A program made the position numbers and the translations under genes. This document shows, one piece after another, positions 39,912-47,057 of a DNA stretch of 64,000 nt. Every line of letters starts with the position of its first letter. Position 1 is the stretch's first letter. Origin of the DNA: Thermococcus sp. GTDB lineage: Archaea; Methanobacteriota_B; Thermococci; Thermococcales; Thermococcaceae. The notes beneath the pieces were generated by a model. The model did no database searches. It worked only from the letters and a program-made list of their open reading frames with translations, and had not been told where the DNA came from. The stretch covers positions 6,013 through 70,012 of the forward strand of contig NZ_WANV01000017.1 in assembly GCF_015521605.1 (NCBI RefSeq). Direction: 5' to 3'.

Positions 39912-41269
39912 AGAGGCTCGCCGCCTTTCTCATCTTTCTCCTCGCCGGTGCCATAGTGCCGGCCGCGGTGATGGCTGAAGGAGCGGTCGCGACGATCCAC
40001 GTTGAGGCAGGGATGCCCGAGACCATAACAATCCCCGGAGCGATAGTGAACTGGACCGGGGAGTTCCAGTATACGGCTGGCAAAGGATGGGAAGCCTACT
40101 TCAAAGTTCACTTTACCGAGACAGGCAACCCCCACGACGTGACAGCCACAGAACGCGGCTTTGTTGACTCTGACGGAAAATACATCTGGATTCTGACAGA
40201 CGTCCAAGTAACCGACAATCCGGAGGAGAAAGAACTCACACTCTACGGAGAGTGGAACCAATTCTTGGTCAAGGAGATCAATCCGCTGACCGGAGAGGCT
40301 AAGATATACAACGCCAGAGATGATAAGATCTACACGCTCCACAAGGGTGAAGAAGTGGAAATCGGGCAATTTGATATCACTGAACGAACCACCCTCGAGC
40401 TCAAAGACCTGACATGGAGCAGTGTTAGACTCATGCTCCACCACTACACGGTAGCCAGCGGGACTGTCGAAGTGTATCCAAATCCCGGCTATCCTCCGGG
40501 GACAGAGCTCGAAGAAGGAATGACGCCTACTCTTACAACAAACTCAACACCACAGCCCTTCATAGATCCGACAAAAGTTCCGGCGGTGATGATCGTTGTC
40601 GGTGAGCACGCAGCAGGGGCTGATGTGGCAGCAGGAGCAAAAGTTGGAATAGCAGTGCAGAAATGGATAGACGAATCCGACAGCCTCATCGAGTGGCTTC
40701 CCCTGCCCTCAACCGTCGTCAAGGCATACAAAGAACTCAAGAAAAGCTTCATACGCGCCGACGCGATGCTTGATACTGAGGTAACCGACCCCAACAAGAT
40801 GGCGCCAATCGTCTACAGTGTTGGGGGGCCGGCAGCGAACGAGTATTCAGCCATGCTCAACAACAGAACCGACCTGCCAGTGCGCTTTGTCAAGGAGAAC
40901 GGCAAGTGGTACCTCGTGAGCAAATACGGCGACAAGTGGAGCGGGAGCTACGGTGTCATTGAGGTAATACCCTCTGCAAGGACTCCAGAGGAAATGAAAG
41001 AGCACCTACTCAACGGCGACTTCAAACTCTACGACGTGCTCGTTGCAGGGCTTGACAGGAAAGGTACTTATGCAGCGTGCAAGCTGCTAAACGCCAACTT
41101 CATGGACATGCTCAACGGCCAGAAGCCGGATCCGAGGCTCATGAACCTCATCACCCTCCAGGCCCAACTCAACATGCTCTTCAGCGGCTACTTCTACCTC
41201 GACCAGGCCAATGCCGTGGCGATTGTTGTGGACGAAAATGGAAAAATAGTGGAAGTTGTAGCGGGGTGA
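39908..41269 (+). CDS. Secreted protein with weak S-layer-protein-like C-terminal half (453 aa)
   Basis: Signal peptide MKRLAAFLIFLLAGAIVPAAVMA. VMIVVGEHAAGADV and YSVGGPAANEY resemble the VGGPxxN motifs I remember from euryarchaeal S-layer proteins. Confidence 0.55.
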   Translation: MKRLAAFLIFLLAGAIVPAAVMAEGAVATIHVEAGMPETITIPGAIVNWTGEFQYTAGKGWEAYFKVHFTETGNPHDVTATERGFVDSDGKYIWILTDVQVTDNPEEKELTLYGEWNQFLVKEINPLTGEAKIYNARDDKIYTLHKGEEVEIGQFDITERTTLELKDLTWSSVRLMLHHYTVASGTVEVYPNPGYPPGTELEEGMTPTLTTNSTPQPFIDPTKVPAVMIVVGEHAAGADVAAGAKVGIAVQKWIDESDSLIEWLPLPSTVVKAYKELKKSFIRADAMLDTEVTDPNKMAPIVYSVGGPAANEYSAMLNNRTDLPVRFVKENGKWYLVSKYGDKWSGSYGVIEVIPSARTPEEMKEHLLNGDFKLYDVLVAGLDRKGTYAACKLLNANFMDMLNGQKPDPRLMNLITLQAQLNMLFSGYFYLDQANAVAIVVDENGKIVEVVAG

Positions 41270-41288
41270 ATATCCCTTCCTTTTCTTT

Positions 41289-41642
41289 TTACTCATAATT
41301 CAGGCGAAGTACAAAAGCACCTAACAATATAAGTAAGTTTATGAGTGCTGAGGTCATTGGGAGGTTTCCTTGGAGCAATATCCAAATGGCAAAGAGATAC
41401 CCTCCAATCCGCGCGAGAACGTAACATGCTGGCGCAGTAAATCCCTCACCTGCCGTTGCGAGTATACTCGCTATATCGGCCAATGCAAATATACTCACAA
41501 ATAATAGTCTTATCCATCCTGGAGTGCTTGAGGGAAACAATGTTATAAGTACAGCATATATTGCTGAAACAGCAATACCCAAAACTGTTCCAACCAATAC
41601 TTCTCCTACAGTATCTCCCACAACAGAAAATGGATTGTCCAT
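41289..41642 (-). CDS. Membrane protein (117 aa, 4 TM), the only minus-strand gene called in the element
   Basis: Hydrophobic ORF in the AT-rich islet. Confidence 0.55.
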   Translation of the reverse strand: MDNPFSVVGDTVGEVLVGTVLGIAVSAIYAVLITLFPSSTPGWIRLLFVSIFALADIASILATAGEGFTAPACYVLARIGGYLFAIWILLQGNLPMTSALINLLILLGAFVLRLNYE

Positions 41643-41874
41643 TCACAAGCCCCCCTGCTGCTCTTTTTGATAATGCAATACCCTTATTACTCACACTTAT
41701 AAGAACATTTCGCCGCCGCGCGCTGGAAAAAAGCCAAGAATTGAGATATCACCCAAAAACTCGAAAATCCCCGAAAGCATGACCATGAGAAATTCACCAT
41801 CCCGGGAATTTTTCGCAATCTTTATTTATTAAATAACGAACACCATAACAATTATGACAATAGGGGCGGGCAAC

Positions 41875-41964
41875 ATGGCGGGCGAACCTAGTGCTAAAAT
41901 CATCGAGCCCCTGGCAAAGTATCCTACAAAGGTAATATACTATGAGCGGGGGATAGAGCAATGA
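41875..41964 (+). CDS. 29-aa upstream ORF duplicating the 5' end of the next gene
   Basis: Own call. MAGEPSAKIIEPLAKY.. compared with the downstream MTEQEAKIIEPLAKF.. Its TGA overlaps the downstream ATG. Confidence 0.3.
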   Translation: MAGEPSAKIIEPLAKYPTKVIYYERGIEQ

Positions 41965-42410
41965 CCGAGCAAGAAGCTAAAATCATCGAACCACTAGCCA
42001 AATTTCATGCGAGGTTGGACAAAGAGGGAAGAATAGCAGTTCCCAAGGCTATCAGAGACGCTCTTAATCTTGCGAAGAATGATTACATAGAAGTGGTTAT
42101 CAGGAAGGTTGAGATTGATCATACGAAACGGGAAATTCGGATACTTCGACAAGCTTACCTCATTACAAGGCTTGGAGCCAAGGGGTTAATATTCCTGCCC
42201 TCAGAGCTAAAAAAACAATTTGATCTAAAAGAGAAAGACATCGTCGAAGTCGTTCTTTATGGATTTCACAAATTCGATGAACTTGTAAGCGAGAAGGGTA
42301 AGCTGTTGATGACCAAGATGCAAAGTGTGGGTAGATGGTCCGAACTAACGCCAGATGAACAGATTCCTGAAAGCCTGGATATGGAACACTACACTTATGT
42401 GTTTGTTTAA
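41961..42410 (+). CDS. Tandem AbrB/SpoVT-domain DNA-binding protein (149 aa)
   Basis: Two swapped-hairpin motifs: RLDKEGRIAVPKAIRDALNLAKNDYIEVV and RLGAKGLIFLPSELKKQFDLKEKDIVEVV. Confidence 0.7.
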   Translation: MTEQEAKIIEPLAKFHARLDKEGRIAVPKAIRDALNLAKNDYIEVVIRKVEIDHTKREIRILRQAYLITRLGAKGLIFLPSELKKQFDLKEKDIVEVVLYGFHKFDELVSEKGKLLMTKMQSVGRWSELTPDEQIPESLDMEHYTYVFV

Positions 42411-42412
42411 GT

Positions 42413-42436
42413 TTAATAATTAGTACTAATTATTAA
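42413..42436. repeat. 24-bp perfect palindrome TTAATAATTAGTACTAATTATTAA
   Basis: Read directly. Starts 3 nt after the AbrB gene stop, inside a 283-bp non-coding stretch. The 60-nt line at 42421 has 15 G+C. Confidence 0.85.
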
Positions 42437-42653
42437 TTAGGAATTATAGAAGCCTTTTATTTCTTTCTTCTGTCTTTTGCAGCCATATAACGGCTCCTTT
42501 TTTGGGTACTTAATTAATATGCAGGCAAAATATTTCTAATTACTGTAAGGCTTGGTAATTTCCGGGATTTTTCCCACTCAAAAAACCAATGTAGTTCATT
42601 CTACCCCAATTTTGGCCACAAAAATCTTTTATACTAAAAGTGCTTACTATCTT

Positions 42654-42677
42654 ACGAGAAATATTCTCGTACGAGAA
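42654..42677. promoter_or_regulatory. Operator-like repeats ACGAGAA-ATA-TTCTCGT-ACGAGAA next to a TATA-like TTTTATAC
   Basis: 7-bp inverted repeat plus a third direct copy, 17 nt upstream of the RHH gene ATG. TATA-like box at about 42628-42636. Confidence 0.55.
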
Positions 42678-42693
42678 AAAATCTCGGAAGGTG

Positions 42694-42879
42694 ATGAATG
42701 TGGAAAGACGTGGACGTCCTCGCAAGTATGATGGCCCCGTGAAGAGGTTCGAGGCATGGATTCCCTACGGTGTTTACCAAGAGATGGAGAAGGAGAAACT
42801 ACGTCGAGGTATCTCCTGGCCCGAGCTTGTTCTGGACATGTGGGATGCATACAAGGCAAGAGTTGCAGTTGATGGGTGA
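42694..42879 (+). CDS. Ribbon-helix-helix (CopG-like) protein with N-terminal GRPRK AT-hook-like motif (61 aa)
   Basis: MNVERRGRPRKYDGPVKRFEAWIPYGVYQEMEKEKLRRGISWPELVLDMW has a beta-strand/helix/helix pattern. ATG 42694 within the 79-aa ORF. Confidence 0.6.
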   Translation: MNVERRGRPRKYDGPVKRFEAWIPYGVYQEMEKEKLRRGISWPELVLDMWDAYKARVAVDG

Positions 42880-43871
42880 TCTTCATGAGAATTCCCGTGA
42901 GAGGCCCTGGACGTCCCCGGAAATGGAACAGTAGGCTGGTTCAATGGAGGGCGGATATTCCCGAAGAAGATTTCGAGCTCGCAGAGGACGAACGTTTGAA
43001 GTTGGGCCTCTCACGGGCGGAATGGTTCCACTGGCTTTTAAGACACACAAAAATGGACGTAATGGAACTCATCGCAAAGGTGCAGCACCAAGAAGACTAC
43101 ATCAAGCAGCTTGAAAAGGAGAAGCAAGCCCTTCTTGAGGAGCGCGAGAAGCTCCTTGAGAGGATCGAGAAGCTTGAGCTTCAGCTTGAAGCCCTCAAGC
43201 AGGGCCGCTCTGTCAGATCCTATCAGGACGCCAGGATGCTCAAGGCCCTCGCTGAAAAGGCTCGGGAGGGCGTCAGCTGGAAGGCCCTCTGTGCTGAGGT
43301 CCTTGGCCTCAGGGACGAGAACAAGATCAAACGCCTGCTCAAGCTGGCTTTTGTCGTGAAGAAGGATCAGCACAACAGGTTCCCGGACAAGTTCTACCCG
43401 AAGGACATTGCGGAGGAGTTCCACGGGTGGGTTCTCAAGAGGCCCGGCGCAAAGGCGGACATCATTGACTACGTCCTCTACAGGGAAGACACTCTCAAGG
43501 CTGCGAAGGGTCTGGCAGTCGGCGAGGCAGTGAAGGAGAAGGTCCCTGAGGTCAAGCCGCTCAGGACTGGAAAGGCCGCGGAGCGCTGGATTGAGGTGTT
43601 CTTTGAGCTTGTGCACCGCGAGTACATGAGCCTCATCGCTCAGAAGCGCGGCAAGGACGCGAAGAAGTACCTGGAAGAGAAGGTGCCACCAAAGCTGGAG
43701 AAGGTCCTGGCGGACATTGACCCGGAGGACTGGCGGCGTGCAATTCTGGCAGTGCTGGAGGAGCATGAGGAGGATTGGGGTGATGTTTTCGTTTCTAACC
43801 TTCGGCGCGTTGTTCTTCGCGCCCTTAACGCGTACCACTCAAAACCGCTGGAGGTGAAGGCCGATGTCTGA
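42876..43871 (+). CDS. RHH/AT-hook N-terminal domain + coiled coil + unknown C-terminal domain (331 aa)
   Basis: The N-terminus GPGRPRKWNSRLVQWRADIPEEDFELAEDERLKLGLSRAEWFHWLL is paralogous to the preceding 61-aa protein. Coiled coil IKQLEKEKQALLEEREKLLERIEKLELQLEALK. Confidence 0.6.
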   Translation: MIFMRIPVRGPGRPRKWNSRLVQWRADIPEEDFELAEDERLKLGLSRAEWFHWLLRHTKMDVMELIAKVQHQEDYIKQLEKEKQALLEEREKLLERIEKLELQLEALKQGRSVRSYQDARMLKALAEKAREGVSWKALCAEVLGLRDENKIKRLLKLAFVVKKDQHNRFPDKFYPKDIAEEFHGWVLKRPGAKADIIDYVLYREDTLKAAKGLAVGEAVKEKVPEVKPLRTGKAAERWIEVFFELVHREYMSLIAQKRGKDAKKYLEEKVPPKLEKVLADIDPEDWRRAILAVLEEHEEDWGDVFVSNLRRVVLRALNAYHSKPLEVKADV

Positions 43872-44121
43872 GGTGGAAACTGGATTTTGGGAATGGGTTG
43901 CTTCGGAGAAGGCTAGGTGGGATGAGGCGATTGAGTTGGTTGAGCGGGCCGAGGAAGTGCCGGACATCATCACGTGGCTCGAGCGGGAGATTCAGGTGGC
44001 CAGGGAAAACGCGTTCTCGCTCTCGCTCAGGGGCGAGAACGGGGCCGAGTACTGGACTGGCTATGCGGACGCGCTGGAGGACGTCCTCAACGCGATACGG
44101 AGAAGGGAGGTGAGGGCATGA
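43864..44121 (+). CDS. Hypothetical protein (85 aa)
   Basis: ORF-track ORF. 8-nt overlap upstream and ATGA overlap downstream. Confidence 0.5.
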   Translation: MSEVETGFWEWVASEKARWDEAIELVERAEEVPDIITWLEREIQVARENAFSLSLRGENGAEYWTGYADALEDVLNAIRRREVRA

Positions 44122-44273
44122 AGGTGGACAGGAACAGGTTCTTTGAGCTGAAGAGGGAGGTTGAGCTCCTGGCTCTCGAAGTCGAGAGCAACCACGCGAG
44201 GTACCTGCTTCGCCTGGCCTCGACGCTGATAGGTGATGCACTCGAAGAAGAGGAGCTGGAGGTGAGGGCATGA
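44118..44273 (+). CDS. Hypothetical protein (51 aa)
   Basis: ATG 44118 inside the 99-aa ORF. ATGA coupling at both ends. Confidence 0.4.
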   Translation: MKVDRNRFFELKREVELLALEVESNHARYLLRLASTLIGDALEEEELEVRA

Positions 44274-44608
44274 GTGAGTTTGGAGTCTTGGGCAGATTGA
44301 AGATTGTATATGGTGATGGCGAGACAATTGAAATCGCAGAAGGACCCCTAAATGAATTCTTTGATGACGATAAGATCAGGGAACTGTTGAGGCTTCAAAA
44401 AGAAGCTTTGGAGGAATGGCTTGAGAACGAGGAGTCATTTCTCAGGGAAGTGGTCGAAGAAGAAAGGAGGTACGGCTTTGACATCGACAAGTATCCACCT
44501 GAGCTCATTGAGAAGCTGAAGTACGTTGAGGGCCTTGATGAGGACATAGCTTCTGCTAAGAAGAGGCTCGCGATAATAAAACAACTTCTTGGGGAGGCTT
44601 CGCCATGA
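44270..44608 (+). CDS. Hypothetical acidic protein (112 aa)
   Basis: ORF-track ORF. Lower GC than its neighbours. Confidence 0.5.
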   Translation: MSEFGVLGRLKIVYGDGETIEIAEGPLNEFFDDDKIRELLRLQKEALEEWLENEESFLREVVEEERRYGFDIDKYPPELIEKLKYVEGLDEDIASAKKRLAIIKQLLGEASP

Positions 44609-44706
44609 GGCTGAAGCCCGTTGACCTCATCTTTGCGGTCCTAAAGGGCCTGGTGCTCGGCGAGCTCATTGCAGCTGTCCTCGCAGTTGTGGGGGTGATC
44701 CCGTGA
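44605..44706 (+). CDS. Small TM peptide (33 aa)
   Basis: Own call. ATGA overlap upstream and GTGA overlap downstream. LIFAVLKGLVLGELIAAVLAVVGVI. Confidence 0.3.
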   Translation: MRLKPVDLIFAVLKGLVLGELIAAVLAVVGVIP

Positions 44707-44855
44707 TCTCGAGGATTGAGGTTGATGCGAGGCTCCTGGAGGCAAGGTACAGCGTCAGGGAGGGGGACTTTGAGCGGGCAATCGAGAGTCTGGTGGAGCT
44801 CATCAGGGACCTGGTCGATGAGGTGGAGGAACTTCGCAGGGGGGCGGCCTCATGA
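44703..44855 (+). CDS. Small helical protein (50 aa)
   Basis: Own call. GTG start. VISRIEVDARLLEARYSVREGDFERAIESLVELIRDLVDEVEELRR. ATGA overlap with the next gene. Confidence 0.35.
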   Translation: MISRIEVDARLLEARYSVREGDFERAIESLVELIRDLVDEVEELRRGAAS

Positions 44856-45253
44856 CCCACTTTATATCATTCTCAGAGGAGGTTGCGGTAAAGCAGGAAG
44901 CGGCTAGGGAGGCCTGGCGCGCAAGGAAGGTTCAGGTTCTCGTCGAGGACGATGAGATCCCACCAGGGCACGAGCTGGCCCTCCCTCTCGAGAACCTCGT
45001 GAACTACCTTGAGACTATTGAAGTCCCCACGCAGGTGATCATTGACCTGGACGTGTACAGGGTGAAGCTCAGAAAGCGCGTTAGTAGGGAGGAGTACCGG
45101 GAGATACTCGAGGGGCTCAGGAGGCTCAGTTGGGCGCGGTGGGATAGGAGGAGCAGGGCGATTCTCGTTGACAGGACTCACACGTCGGCTCCGGAGGAGG
45201 AAGAGATTGAGGTTGAGGAAATTGTCGTCACACCCAAGGGGGTGAAGACCTAA
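44852..45253 (+). CDS. Hypothetical protein (133 aa)
   Basis: ORF-track ORF. Confidence 0.5.
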   Translation: MTHFISFSEEVAVKQEAAREAWRARKVQVLVEDDEIPPGHELALPLENLVNYLETIEVPTQVIIDLDVYRVKLRKRVSREEYREILEGLRRLSWARWDRRSRAILVDRTHTSAPEEEEIEVEEIVVTPKGVKT

Positions 45254-45780
45254 TGGCCTCGCGGACGGCTTTCGTCTATCAGGACTCGCTCAGCATTGAG
45301 GACGCGTTCACGTACTTCAAGCGCCTCATGCGGGACGCTGAGAACCGCGTGGCTTTCAGCCGGGCGCTCCAGAGGGCCCGCAAGGGCCTGGACGTGCACA
45401 TGTACGTGACGGACGTGGACAGCCTCATTGTGCAGTACCTGAACAGGAACGGTGTGAAGGGCTTCCGCTTCACGGGCTTCGAGCTGAAGAACATGAACCC
45501 GCACTCGGCGCTCGTGAACGGGAAGGTCAAGGTGAACGGCAAGCAGTACGAGGGGCATAGAATGTTTGCCATGAAGGCTGGCATTGACTTTTTCTACCTG
45601 GTCAATTTGGGCAGGGAGTTCCTGGTCTGGAACGTGGCGAACACGCCGGTGAATTTTGACTGGTACGGGCACGGCCCGGCCCACGATTACTACGCTTTCG
45701 TGGATTTGGAGGACGTGATTAGAGTCCCGGCTTCGGAGTTGCCGGGCACTCTCAGAATGCTGCTGTGGGGGCGCGGGTGA
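45253..45780 (+). CDS. Hypothetical protein with PD-(D/E)xK-like motif (175 aa)
   Basis: VTDVDSLIV..(20 aa)..GFELKN fits D..ExK spacing. TAATG junction upstream. Confidence 0.45.
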   Translation: MASRTAFVYQDSLSIEDAFTYFKRLMRDAENRVAFSRALQRARKGLDVHMYVTDVDSLIVQYLNRNGVKGFRFTGFELKNMNPHSALVNGKVKVNGKQYEGHRMFAMKAGIDFFYLVNLGREFLVWNVANTPVNFDWYGHGPAHDYYAFVDLEDVIRVPASELPGTLRMLLWGRG

Positions 45781-46037
45781 TGGCTCGGGTGAATTGGGAT
45801 AAGTGGGACTTGACGTTTTGGCCTCGTTCGGGAAGAGTGTTTATTGCGCACGTGAAGAGGAGGAGCGCTGACGGCACGATGATAGAAGCCGACGACGTGA
45901 AAGAAGTGACTGACAAGTTCTACGGTATCTTGGTTGAGATTCTCGAAAATCATGGTGGGGCGATAGAGTTCGAAACAAGAGGAGGGCGCAAATACAGGAT
46001 TTGGCTCGAAGAGGAGCGTGGTGGCGGTGAATCTTGA
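45780..46037 (+). CDS. Hypothetical protein (85 aa)
   Basis: ATGA overlap with the previous stop. In frame within the 90-aa ORF. Confidence 0.45.
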   Translation: MARVNWDKWDLTFWPRSGRVFIAHVKRRSADGTMIEADDVKEVTDKFYGILVEILENHGGAIEFETRGGRKYRIWLEEERGGGES

Positions 46038-46575
46038 GGAGTACAGGGAGTGGCTGAAAGAGAACGGCAACCTTGAGGAGGCCAAAGCCCCTGAAGTCAT
46101 TGAGAAGGTTGTGAAGAGGCACCTGAGCAAGCTCAACTGGAAGTCCTACAAAATCGACATAAGCCCTCGTAAGGTCTTCAAGGTCGATGGGAAACACTAT
46201 GAGTGCGATGCAACGGTTAAGCTCACCTGGCAGGCGTGGGACAATAAGACCCGCTCTATGATGATTGGCATTGAGTTCAAGGAGTGGGACTTCTCAAAGG
46301 TCGTGAGCCAGGCCGTCCACAGGAAGAGGTTCTTTGACTACATGTATATCGCTACCAGGCCCGTTACCCTCAGCCTGTCCTGGAACCCCTATGATTTCGC
46401 CCTGCTGATTAAGCACGGCATCGGTTGGGTTCTGTGGAGTGAGGACTTCGTTTACATCCTGCTCCCTGCCAAAAAGAAAGGGTGGGAGCGGGCAGAGGAA
46501 ATGGCTGAGAGGATTGAGCGCCTAATGAACACTCCGCTCCAGGAACCTAAGACGATAATGGATTACGTGAGGTGA
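46018..46575 (+). CDS. Hypothetical protein with PD-(D/E)xK-like motif (185 aa)
   Basis: YECDATVKL..(19 aa)..IGIEFKEWD fits D..ExK spacing. Confidence 0.45.
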   Translation: MVAVNLEEYREWLKENGNLEEAKAPEVIEKVVKRHLSKLNWKSYKIDISPRKVFKVDGKHYECDATVKLTWQAWDNKTRSMMIGIEFKEWDFSKVVSQAVHRKRFFDYMYIATRPVTLSLSWNPYDFALLIKHGIGWVLWSEDFVYILLPAKKKGWERAEEMAERIERLMNTPLQEPKTIMDYVR

Positions 46576-46581
46576 TGATGA

Positions 46582-46848
46582 ATGAGTGAGGGTTTCGATC
46601 TCACCATCAGGTTGGACGTGAACGATGACGGCCAGCCTGGAAGCCTCATCTGCTTTGAGCACGGTGGAAAGAAGTGGTGCGCGTACTACATTGAGCCTTG
46701 GGAAGTCATGGAAGCAGAATTGAAAGAGGCTGGCTTCCCGGACAACATTATCGAGTTCATCTACCGCTTCCTCGTGAAGTACGACCGGATTGACTTGCCA
46801 GACGACGGGGAGGATGAGGAGGACCTCGAGGAGGACTGGATACTATGA
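46582..46848 (+). CDS. Hypothetical protein with acidic tail (88 aa)
   Basis: ORF-track ORF. C-terminal DDGEDEEDLEEDW. Confidence 0.5.
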   Translation: MSEGFDLTIRLDVNDDGQPGSLICFEHGGKKWCAYYIEPWEVMEAELKEAGFPDNIIEFIYRFLVKYDRIDLPDDGEDEEDLEEDWIL

Positions 46849-46850
46849 CC

Positions 46851-46874
46851 GTTAACTTTCATACGAAAGTTAAC
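46851..46874. repeat. Perfect 10-bp inverted repeat GTTAACTTTC-ATAC-GAAAGTTAAC
   Basis: Read directly. Begins 3 nt after the stop at 46848, at the start of a 209-bp AT-rich gap. Confidence 0.8.
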
Positions 46875-47057
46875 AGGGATAATAACGCCTCCTGTATAGT
46901 ATCATTCTTTCCGAAAAGAAGTCTTCGTATGACCAAGGTGAAACAGCACAAATCCAGAATACTTGCACCACAATGCAGTATTCACCCCCAACTCGCCCAC
47001 CCCACTCCTGATGATAATTTTAAGCCCGTCGCAGTTAATAACTGAGGTGGTGTAACT

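Noticed and set aside
46845-47045. 66-aa ORF in the AT-rich gap
   Set aside because: It starts inside the 10-bp inverted repeat, has no RBS and odd composition. I treat the region as non-coding.
47003-47050. Possible C/D box sRNA (CUGAUGA .. CUGA)
   Set aside because: The boxes are only 27 nt apart, there is no internal D'/C' pair, the C box starts with a pyrimidine, and the terminal stem is poor.
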